Assembly (NCBI GenBank): GCA_030704615.1
Contig: CM060731.1
Coordinates: 19,406,001-19,470,000, forward strand
Reading direction: 5' to 3'
Origin: Takakia lepidozioides
Taxonomy: Eukaryota > Plantae > Bryophyta
Length of the DNA: 64,000 nt
The stretch's first letter is position 1. Each line of letters opens with the position of its first letter. Below the pieces are notes generated by a model, which worked only from the letters and a program-made list of their open reading frames with translations, was not told where the DNA came from and did not search any database. The position numbers were made by a program, and so were the translations under genes. Below, in pieces: positions 51,301 through 61,762 of the stretch.

Positions 51301-53899
51301 GTGCAACAGTTCGTGGCTAGGTGCATGATGTGTGACAGGGTGCGTGCTTCATTCAACGCCCCTACACCACAGTTGCATCCTTTACCCATCATGGGATTGG
51401 GCTACAGGTAGAGTCTTGACTTCGCAGGGCTTTTGCCATTGACGATGCGTCTCCACAGATACGTGTTGGTGATGGTGGAGCACTTCTCCAAGTGGATTGA
51501 GTTGGTTCCATTGCCTGACAAGGCTAATGAGGGGGCTGCATATGCATTCCTGGATCGTGTGCTTAGCCGATTCAGTGCTCCTGCTGAGGTACTCACGGAC
51601 CAAGGGAGAGAGTTCTTGGGGGAGTTTCAGGCTTTGTGTGGTAAAGCCTTCATAGACCACTGTACCACTTCTCGGGATCATCCTGAGGCCGATGGCTTGG
51701 CAGAGAGAGTGGTGCAGACGGTGAAGAGGGGTTTGCGCAAGTATGGCTTGCAAACAAGCAAGCATCACTTGCCTCCTTCTCACCATATTTCCTTCTCTTT
51801 GGCCGAGAGCCAGATTTGCCTGCGTCTATTCGCAGGGAGGCTGCAGTAGTCCTCAACCTTGATGATCCGGATGTGTGGACACAAGCATGTGCCCAGCGGG
51901 CAGAGTTGTTCAAGAGAGTCATGCCTATGGCTTTTGAGAATCTTGCTATTGCCCAACACCGAGACACATTGAGGTATGTCACTATACGTGGAGGGGGATA
52001 TCGGCCAAGTGTTCGGCGTTTTCACCCTGGGGACTATGTGTATCTGCAGTAGACAGTGCCTACGACCTTGGATGTCACAGCAGGACGTGTGATTCTAAGG
52101 GTCAGGGAGGTGTTGCCTTCAGGAGTGTTGATTCTGGAGGGTCGAGATGGCATGGTATGGAAGGACCATGTGCGTAATTGTGCGCCATGTCACCTTCCAC
52201 ATGTGGATGGGAGGATAGATCCCAACCTTGCAGTGGTACCTGCAGGATTGCGTTGCATGCTATGTGGGCATGCTCGTGGTGCCGTCACTATGCTGGTGTG
52301 TGATCGATGCTCAAAAGGTTGGCACATGGGATGCTTGACACCACCTCTTGAGAGGGTTCCTGATGGAGATTGGTTATGTCCACCCTGCTTGGGATAGTGG
52401 CAGTGGATATGACTAGTGGCAGCTCACAAGACATGGGAGGCCAAGCTCATAGGAGTCAATACCGAAGATCTCAGGCTCAAGTTCACAGGTTGCAAGACGG
52501 CGACTAACGATGGGGCAACTCTTGTACCCGGCCTCTTGATCTATTGAGTTTGAGTGTAGTAGGGACAGTGGTGGAGGACCTAGTGAGGCTATGGCCACTA
52601 TCACATCTTGTGGCTACCTGGACTTAGAGGGACCTAAGCGCCAGCTAGGGGGGCGATTGTGATGGGCTAGTGGCAGCCTAGTGGTGGACTAGTGGCTGCA
52701 CTAGTGGTGACTAGTGGTTGTCTAGTGGCAGCCTAGTGGTGCACTAGTGGTGCACTAGTGATAGACTAGTGTTTGGTGTGTACATATGTTGTGTGGTTTG
52801 GACAGCGATGTAGTTGTGTAGCGATATGTATGCGCACGATAGCTGTCAAGTTATTTTACCACTAGTGTGAAGTTAGCTAGGAAATAGCTAGCTTTTATAT
52901 ATTGACATTTGGGATTGACCCAAGTGTCAATCCAGGGGCCAATACATGTTTGGGCACCTGGCGTTGTTATCTTCACGGCAGATCGCGGTGGGCTTATCTT
53001 TCACGAGTTGAGCCTCACCGCGTCTAGCTATGGCGCCGTAGTGTGGATTCCCCATGGCGTGGGGTGCACTTGGCTCGACTTAATATATGAGTGATGTTTT
53101 CATGTGCAAGTGTGTGAGTTTGAGAGAGCTTGTATGCTTGTATCATTCCTTTCCTTATCATTGTGATGGGCTAGTGGCAGCCTAGTGGTGGACTAGTGGC
53201 TGCACTAGTGGTGGCTAGTGGCAGCCTAGTGATGGACTAGTGGCTGCACTAGTGGTGGCTAATATCAGCCTAGTGGTTGACTAGTGGCTGCACTAGTGGT
53301 GCACTAGTGATAGACTAGTGTTCAGTGTGTACATATGTTGTGTGGTTTGGACAACGATGTAGTTGTGTAGCGATATGTATGCGCACGACAGCTGTCAAGT
53401 TATTTTACCACTAGTGTGAAGTTAGCTAGGAAATAGCTAGCTTTTATATATTGACATTTGGGATTGACCCAAGTGTCAATCCAGGGGCCAATACATGTTT
53501 GGGCACCTGGCATTGTTATCTTCACGGCAGATCGCGGTGGGCTTATCTTTCACGAGTTGAGCCTCACCGCGTCTAGCTATGGCGCCGTAGTGTGGATTCC
53601 CCATGGCGTGGGGTGCACTTGGCTCGACTTAATATATGAGTGATGTTTTCATGTGCAAGTGTGTAAGTTTGAGAGAGCTTGTATGCTTGTATCATTCTTT
53701 TCCTTATCATTGTGATGGGCTAGTGGCAGCCTAGTGGTGGAGTAGTGGCTGCACTAGTGGTGGCTAGTGGCAGCCTAATGATGGACTAGTGGATGCACTA
53801 GTGGTGGCTAGTAGCAGCCTAGTGGTTGACTAGTGGCTGCACTAGTGGTGACTAGTGGTTGTCTAGTGGCAGCCTAGTGGTGCACTAGTGGTGCCCTAG
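45320..53899 (+). mobile_element. Ty3/gypsy element B: long leader, gag, protease, C5-DNMT fragment, (RT/RH deleted), integrase, PHD finger, PPT and tandem LTRs
   Basis: gag ~47755-48879 with two CCHC knuckles; protease VLLDSGAQ; LLDLFGGIS…YVERD; integrase HAHEELGH…CxxC, LDFAG…TDQGREF…LAERVVQT; PHD at 52250-52397; PPT AGGGGGGCGAT. The 5' LTR was not found. Confidence 0.88.
52658..53899 (+). repeat. Tandem LTRs of gypsy B (52658-53160, 53162-53709, partial 53711-53899), each starting with a CTAGTGG minisatellite
   Basis: Units run TGTGATGGG…CCTTATCA, are nearly identical and are separated by a single T. Confidence 0.88.
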
Positions 53900-54339
53900 C
53901 TCATTCTCGTCTCCTGCAAGCGAAACAAACTCTCCCTCTTCCCGACCTTTTTCTCTACTAGATGCCGCAGCCATTCTTTCGAACTCTCGTCCTAACCTCT
54001 TACCCTTCATTCTCTCAAGTGCTTTCCTTCGCTCTCTCTCGGTAGTGAAATACGAATCCTCACAGACGTAATATCTGCTGCAATGATTATACTGCCAAAG
54101 GATGAGGATGTCCGGCACTGACCGACGCTTGATACTATCAAAAGAATGATCATGGCCACTACACGTCAGTGCCTATACAAGCAGCGATTGGCCAAGAGCC
54201 AACGGTTAAATTGACCACATTGATTTTTGCGCGTATATACCGTTGAGTTTGACCGTTACATTGAGGGCGTATCGGAAAAGGTATCCAAAGCATTGCATGC
54301 GCCGAATTCAGCGACAACCGACTTGTCACCGCTGGACAC

Positions 54340-55939
54340 ATGTTATGGCATACGCCGACATCCAGGGTGGATGAAGAAGTGCACATAACACATCAGGAAG
54401 AAGCCCTATGTGGACAATGTAACGAAAGACGCGGACATGACCTTTTCCATTCATCCCTAAACCCCAATCGTCATTTGAAATACCCCTCTGCAAAGCACCG
54501 TCCTTTCAGAGAGAGTGACCGTGCGGAGTGCCTAGCAAGCTGGAGGGGTTTAGCACAGTTAGGAGTGCGTTCAATCGTCGCAGAAGGAGGCAGTCTTACT
54601 ACTTTTGTACTCCTAAGTTCTTTGGTTCACGTACTCCATCCTGTGCACTGCACTTTACCTACACCCACTTGTGTTTGGATGAAGCAATCCGGGAAGAACG
54701 GGCGGGATCTGTACGTTGCCACAGCTGATGACATGGTCCGCGCGCTCTCGCAATAAACACGGTACCCGGGATTTCCTTCGGGGACAGGGTACAGACAAGG
54801 GGCCAGACAAGGCAGAGTTGCTGGTCAGGGCTGCAAACAGATTGAAAGACCCTACTAAGATGGCACGGGCTGTGAACGAGTGCACAATGGGAACACCATT
54901 GTAGTCACGGCTTACACATCTGGAAGGAGAGGAGAGGTTTGGTTCGTGCAAAAGAAAACTTGACACCCCACCAGGTTCGGATGCAGATTCACACCGCCAC
55001 GATCGGGATAACTTTTCAGTACCACGTGTGCATGTCAGCCCCGCTTTCGTGGGTGACACCCCCGACGTGGGGGAGTTGTCATCGCCTTCGTTCCCTCAGG
55101 AGTCTCCAACCACCGCAGTCCCCGGGGAAGGGGAGAACATGCTGCCGGTAGAGGAGACGGACTGTACAGACGCAACGTGGCATATAGAACGGACTCCCCA
55201 TGGATCAAAAGTCAAATGTGCCGCTATTAGGGCACCCTCGTTTCAAAAGTGCAAGTCCCAAATCTCCAAAGGGACTTGCGGTACTCCTGCCCCGATGTTC
55301 ACCGGGTTGTTCAAGCATTACCAGTCGCGGGAGTCTAGGCCTCACAAGTTTTGGTTCTGCCCGGATGACATTGTGCGCTGTGTCATGGGGACTGTTCGGG
55401 AATCTGTGATAATGAAGCCTCAAATTCCAGCTGTGTGGCCAGTGAAGTTTGGAACCGCACTCTCCAAACTGGAGATTGACATGCTGGAGGAGGCCGGGTT
55501 TCGCCTTCCGAGAGCCCCTCCTGTCATAACACCAGTTGACCCAATGGCTTTCCCTTCCAACTTTACGGCACGTCCTCGACATGGCAATGATAGGCCCACA
55601 AAAAGGAATGAAAGAGCGGTACGTTTGGTTGAGGCTGGTGCAGACAATGAGTGCAAGATGGAGTCTGCTAGAACCCTATAGTGTTGCGTCACCCAAATTG
55701 TGAATGTTCCCTTGCCAGGGTATGGGCGGGTGTACACCATGGCGACCTCTGGATCAGTTGTTCATGACCAGACCTATGAGATTACTATTGGCGATTTCCC
55801 TAATTGCACTTGTCTGGACTTTCAGAACACACTCTCAAGTTCTCTTGGCAAGAGAGTAAAAATTGTCCCGTGCAAGCATTTGTACTACATCTATATTCGG
55901 AGAATATACGTACATTCACCAATGTACGATTGGACCTAG
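54340..55939 (+). mobile_element. Degenerate SWIM zinc-finger ORF, probably the C-terminal part of a Mutator-like or related transposase
   Basis: YEITIGDFPNCTCLDF…PCKHLYYIY (CxC…CxH); upstream Cys-rich segment; in-frame stops. Confidence 0.6.
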
Positions 55940-56689
55940 CGACGGTAAACACTGCTACAACGAGATACTTCGGGTACAAATTGAGATGTAGTCTGGATTT
56001 GCATTACAACTCTACCCGTTTGCCCTCCTTGTCATTGTTACTCAAATCTGGGTGTATCGGACTTTGGAGATAGGTACGTTTGCTTCAAGGATGCATTTTT
56101 TAATGAGATCAATGTTGTTTTGCAATGAGGATTTCTTCTCAATCTTGTTTTTCAATGCATGTTTGTGTTCCAATGTATCTGGCTTAGTGCTGGATAATGG
56201 GAACACTTTCTTGAATGAGATCAATGATTGTTTTGCAGAATTGGCTTATGTATTCACTTTCTATGAGATAAATGAATGAGATGATACTGTTATGAAATGA
56301 TGAATGTCATGTATGTTTTCTTACAAGCTATTATATTAAACTCATTCGTGCTACATTCATTCATCCTTTGACATCCAACATCCATCTTTTAGTCATCCAT
56401 TTCCCTGAACCCATTCATACTTGCTTACTTCATCGAGAAGTTCTTCATACACATTCATCCCACATTTTCTGGCATGGAGGTCGGCACCTTCGGTCCCATC
56501 ATGGCATGTAAACCTCCAATAGGCATAAGTTTGTGTCAACGACAATAGGCCCTGCTTCTTCCACGGTTATACGCTCCACTTCCACTTTATGCTCATGCCT
56601 AACTTCTGCTCACACTTAAGGGAATCTGCTCATGATTAGTGGAATCTGCTCACACTTAGTGCGCTAAGCGTGAGCGCGCTCACGCCGCA

Positions 56690-57439
56690 GCTACTCTCCC
56701 TCCGGCATGGTTGTCCACTTGAGAACCAGCTCATGGAAATTGTCTTGTTCAATCTCAATATTATTCATGCGGTGACTGCTCCCTATAACCCCAATGCAAT
56801 GGCTTGACTGAACGTTTTAACCAAACCATGTGTAGGATGTTGGAGAAAAATGAGACTTTAATCGACGAGTGAGACATGGCTGTTCCAATTCTGTTGTTTG
56901 CTTATCACACTTCTATTCATGCTAGTACTAAGTTGTCACTTTTTGAGCTGTTGTATGGCAGGAAGTACCGGTCCCCTTTGCATATCTCTTGGTTGCAGGT
57001 GTCGGCTACTGAGCCTGAAAACTGGGAGCAATTTTTGCTTACTATGGATACTAAACGCCGGCAGCTCCGAGAGACTGCCAAGTCCAACATCCAGTTTGCA
57101 CAGGCATCTCAGGCTAAGTATTACAACCGTAAGGTTGTTTATTTTGAGTATTTTAAAATAGGGCTATGTGTTTGTGTCCGATTACAATCAGGGAAGCATG
57201 TTTCTAAGGCTAAACACCGCATCAATGGCCCTTATCTCATCACTGAAATTCTTTTAGGTAGACAGTATGTGCTTCTTCCACAACACACTTCAACTCCTAA
57301 TCTGGCTAGTTCGGTTCATGTGTCTTTGTTAGTTCCCTGCACTTTAACGTTTGACTTAACATGTTTGAATGTGGAAAATAGACAGGTGATTTATACTCCA
57401 ATTCGGGCTGCCCTCTCGCCTGCAATATGTCAGCACTGA
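56690..57439 (+). mobile_element. Integrase remnant of gypsy A
   Basis: TAPYNP-CNGLTERFNQT, LFAYHTSIHASTKLSLFELLYGR, AQASQAKYYN, GPY and VHVSLL. Confidence 0.85.
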
Positions 57440-57698
57440 GCCATAGTTAGCATTCGTTTGTTGTTTCGTGCTAGTAATGGCATCACATTGTACCAGGATC
57501 GGGGTTTTTCCAAATTGATCTTTTGTCCTTCGCCCACCCTGCAGCGCAAGGTTTTGTTCAGTTGGTTTTTTCATCCCAAGCCTGCGCGGATGCCTAGTTT
57601 TTTTTGTCTAGTTTTGTTATAGTTCCCCTGTTCTCTTTTCCTTTGTAGCTCGTTGGAGCTCGCTTGGCTTGAGGGGCCAGCAAGCCGCACATATGTGA

Positions 57699-58230
57699 TG
57701 TGGAGATTCCGACCTGCTTGCTTTTGGGCATGGATGAATGAGATCGCGGATGCAGCAGGATGGTGACGCTCATTCAAAGTAACGAATGACGTGATGGATG
57801 AAACTCACAGTTAATCCTAGATGGATGGTGACTGAGTAGCCATTACGCATTAGGTGCCGGTACAGCTGGCTACATTAAGTTGATGTTGTCTTTAGTTAAC
57901 AATTAGATTAGGATTAGATTAGATGAGGTGGCCTGATTGTGTGGCCTAGCTGGGATGGCATCTGGCTAGCCAATGAATAACGGCCGTTTGGCTGGATAAG
58001 ATTATATGCTTAGGTACTATATAAATCAAAGCACTCAAGAAATCGGGGTGGTGGATTTTGGTTACAGATCTTGTACGGTGTACCTTTGTGGTGCTTGGAT
58101 GAAAGTGTTAAAGTGAGGTTAATCGTTGTACAAGGTTCCATCCTATCAAGCGTGTCACTGCCCTACTGTGCTATAACCCTCATACTGGTAATACCGGACA
58201 AAGGGGCATATATCCCCGGCCCCGGAATCT
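57699..58230 (+). repeat. 3' LTR of gypsy A (may extend to CACA at 58239)
   Basis: Follows the integrase; reverse-complement match to 38835-39366. Confidence 0.88.
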
Positions 58231-58824
58231 AGCCTCACAAGGCACATCGTGGAAATAGTTTTCAACAAAGGAGAAGAGATGATACCTAGGCAAGGCACAA
58301 GCATAATCTGTTCTTTAGAATAAAGAGGAGTCAACGACGCAACAGCGTGAGCGTGTGAGCGTACGCTCACACACTGGTGACGTGGCGTGAGCGTGATGCA
58401 GCAGGTTACCATGGTGTCGAATGTTGACGTGGCGCCATGTCAGCATCCGCCACGTCAACCGAAACATACGGCGCCTATACCCGAGGGTCCTATGACCGTG
58501 GGATGAATTTAGGGAACATGAAACCATATACCATCAAGAATACCATCAAAATACCCGAAATGGGAAATACGCCTAAAACTGTGACATCCATTCCACAACA
58601 TTCTGCAATTACAATTGTAAGTTTTACAATAATAATTACAATCAGGACAAAATAACCTCATAAGGCTCCATTGAGGCTAACCCAGGAAGACCCTGTTTCA
58701 TCCCAAAATAACGAAGAGAAGAGGGATCACGGTATCAAAAAGAAGCCTGCAGTACATAGCGACACAAAAGAGACAAGAACAAATTTTTTTTAGGAACAAT
58801 ACGGGAAAAAAAAAAAAAAAACAA

Positions 58825-59366
58825 AGCAGAAGTGATTGTCGGCACCGATCATCACTTTGCTCTGTTTTTTGTTATTGTTTTTTTTTTAGGGGAAAAAAAA
58901 ACAGAGCAGAAGTGATTGTTGGCACCGATCATCACTTCTGATTCCGTTTTTGTTTTTGTTTTGGAAAAAATACGGAAAAAAAAAACAGAAGGGATTGTCG
59001 GTACCGACAATCCCTTCTGCTTGCTCTGTTTTTATTTATTTATTTTTTCTGCGTATTGTTCCCAAGGAAAAAATTAAACAGAGTAGAAGTGATTGTCGGT
59101 GCCGACAATCACTTATGATGATCGGCACCGACAATCACTTCTGCTTTGCTCTGTTTTGTTTTTTTCCTTCTCCGTATTGTTCAAAAAAAAAAAAAAAAAA
59201 CAGAAGTGATTGTCGGTGCCTACAATCATTTCTGCTCTGCTCTAACAAGTTGAGACACGCTTTGTTGTGCCGCAGCTCCGCTCTGGATAGCCGCACTGCA
59301 TTGCTTCACTGATGCAAGCACAGAGCATAGCAGAAGTGATTGTCAGTGCCGATCATCACTTCTACT
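58825..59366. repeat. Array of seven ~32-bp palindromes separated by A/T tracts, bracketed by TGACGTGGC-rich blocks (58375-58460, 59628-59730)
   Basis: Consensus CAGAAGTGATTGTCGG(C/T)(A/G)CCGACAATCACTTCTG at ~58827, 58907, 58986, 59085, 59115, 59201 and 59330. Confidence 0.85.
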
Positions 59367-61032
59367 CTGCTATCTTTTTATTTGTTTTTGTTTTTGTTTT
59401 TATGGGAGGGATAAAGGTCTCACTTTTGCAATCGCACACTTATCAAATTGCAGTTTATGACATGAGGGACGGCGGTGGGATGGATGTTAAAGATGCAGTC
59501 TGCAATGACTGGAAAAGATAAACCATTCCGCGGAAATAGGCACCTACTTCACGCCTTTGGGCTCACGATCTAGCATTCCCCCCTTTTGCCTGTTCTGTCC
59601 GCGGTTATAGGTTCGTGCCTATGGAAATGACGTGACATGACGTGGCGTGGCGTCAACTACACTGGCGAGGATTGCTGACGTGCCGTAACACCAGTGAACC
59701 AACGTGGCGAGAACTGCTGATGTGGCGTGAGCCTGACTGCGCTCACGTGCTCACACGGAGGCATTCCCCAAGAGGAGCTAACAATAAAAACGCCTGGTGC
59801 CACCGTCGAGGCAATGATATAGGCCCTAAGAGGAAAGTTTTAATGTTTTAATTTTAAGTTCTTTTTTAAAAACAAAAAGAAACAAGCGGCTAGTCGCGTA
59901 TGGCTCGCCGCTCCTCTTTGTGGATAATGATATCTACTTTCATCCATAATGAGCTGAAAATTCTTCCATTTATTTCTCATAAGTTGTTCAATACTAGAAG
60001 TATAACCTGAGGTATTTTGGTGCAGGGTCAGGACCTCTTCCCCTCGCCACACCGGATCCTCTCAAACTTATTCTTATCTCAGAATTTTTCATGCAACTTT
60101 CAGGTAGACCTAGGGTGGTGCGCACTTCGTGGATGCCCTGCTCAAATATTCAACCTCTCCCGGGGGATGATTCTTTCTACCATCATAGCCAGAGCACCCT
60201 TATCATGGCCATAGAATTGGATAAGCTAGTAGATGCAGCCCCATTCAATCACTTCTGGAAGACAACCCTATTGTCTTCTGATAAAAGAACTAAGTTCCAT
60301 TTCCATTCTGACAGGCCATCATTTGAGTCATTCCCGCTCAGCCTGACGGAGCTTAGCTTTTTTTTACACTACTTAATGCGTAGTCTCATCTTAAAATAAC
60401 GAGGAGCCAATAAAACATGGGACTGGGGCTAGGCTGGATGGAACCTTATTGGTCCTCCCTTCTGAAGGTAGGATTTACCCAAAGGGTTTATGGAGTCTGG
60501 TACTGATTCTGAAAATTCGCACATCCAACTAAGTCAAGACATGGATAGATAGAATCTTCCATGGGACATTACATCCATATTTTTAGATGAAATATGTAAA
60601 CAGGATGAAGTTCATCGGGTCAAGTTGATGTTTGACAGGTCAAGAGGTACATTGTTCAGTAATGGTGCAAATTTAGGGTTTCATGTTTCATCCAGCTCGA
60701 GAGTTTCTATACAAAGGTGCCACTTGGATTAGTGTGTAGAATTTGTGATCAACTTACAACCAATTAGTCATTACACAACAAGCCTGGGCTTGCATGAATT
60801 CCATGCGTTTGTTTGGGATTATTGGGGGCAAAGCTTTTTTATTTTCTTTAACAGGGACAGAAGCCCTGGGAAATTTATTTGGAATTATTTGGGGGAAAAA
60901 TTAAAACCCCCGGATCCACCATGATGCACACACCGCGAAAGTTTTTCATTCTTTTTTTTTAATTTAAGTTTTTAGCTCTGAAATTTTTGATTTACAGCAA
61001 GACATAAAAAATTGAGCTATATGGAATGACCT

Positions 61033-61258
61033 CATCCGACAGACGTTCATCCCACAACCTAGCAGAGCCTTATGCAGGTCCGGACTGACGACTACATCCG
61101 ACAGACGTTCATCCAACAACCTAGCAGAGCCTTATGCAGGTCCGGACTGACGACTACATCCGGCAGAAGTTCATCCAACGACCTCGGACAGACGACTAGA
61201 TCCGGAAGACGTTCATCCAATTACCTAGCAGAGCGTTATGCAGGTTCTGACGACGACA
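61033..61258. repeat. ~61-bp tandem repeat, about 3.5 units
   Basis: CATCCGACAGACGTTCATCC…ACCTAGCAGAGCCTTATGCAGGTCCGGACTGACGACTA repeated. Confidence 0.85.
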
Positions 61259-61762
61259 GCTGAGCGTTGGCAGAAACTACCAAACGTGGGGCACAGCTGT
61301 TGCCGCCTCGGACCATTCCGCATTCCATGATCCCTGTACAATGCAGCCCATCGCTCTCTGCCCATGTATTCGGCCATTGCCATTAGGGCCCAGGCTGCCA
61401 CGCCCGCACTTGTAATATGTCTCGTTCTTTCCCCCGCTTTGTGGCTTGCGCATTGTACATTTTCAGATTCTTCTAGGTTTTTCTTTTCCCGTCGTCCTTT
61501 CTCGATTGATGCTACGCCACATTGTTCCCTCGGAGAAAATCTGCAAAGGCGGAGGGGGAGGCCTTCGTACGTGATGAACACAGTCGCCCGTCGTGTTGGT
61601 TATGAAAACACGGCCCCTTGATACCCGCTCGAATCACCCCACTTATGGTTGATTCCTATCAACAGACAGACTTGTAAATTTGAGAACACTGCCTATCCTT
61701 AGGAAGCAAGACGACGTTTGCGCATTGCGGGAACCTGCTAGTTTGTCAAGCTGGAGGGAGTT

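Noticed and set aside
54035-54170. Second CACTA terminus (GGTAGTG at ~54041 or CACTACACG at ~54157)
   Set aside because: Neither matches the ACTAGAAGAAAA terminus beyond 5 nt, and no TSD or subterminal repeats are present.
58825-59366. CRISPR-like array
   Set aside because: Spacers are low-complexity A/T tracts of irregular length, the context is eukaryotic, and no cas genes are present.
59900-60830. L1-like LINE C-terminal remnant
   Set aside because: Only vague Trp-rich traces; no motif I can support.
61033-61258. Hammerhead ribozyme repeats (CTGACGA)
   Set aside because: No GAAA core or compatible stems follow the motif.
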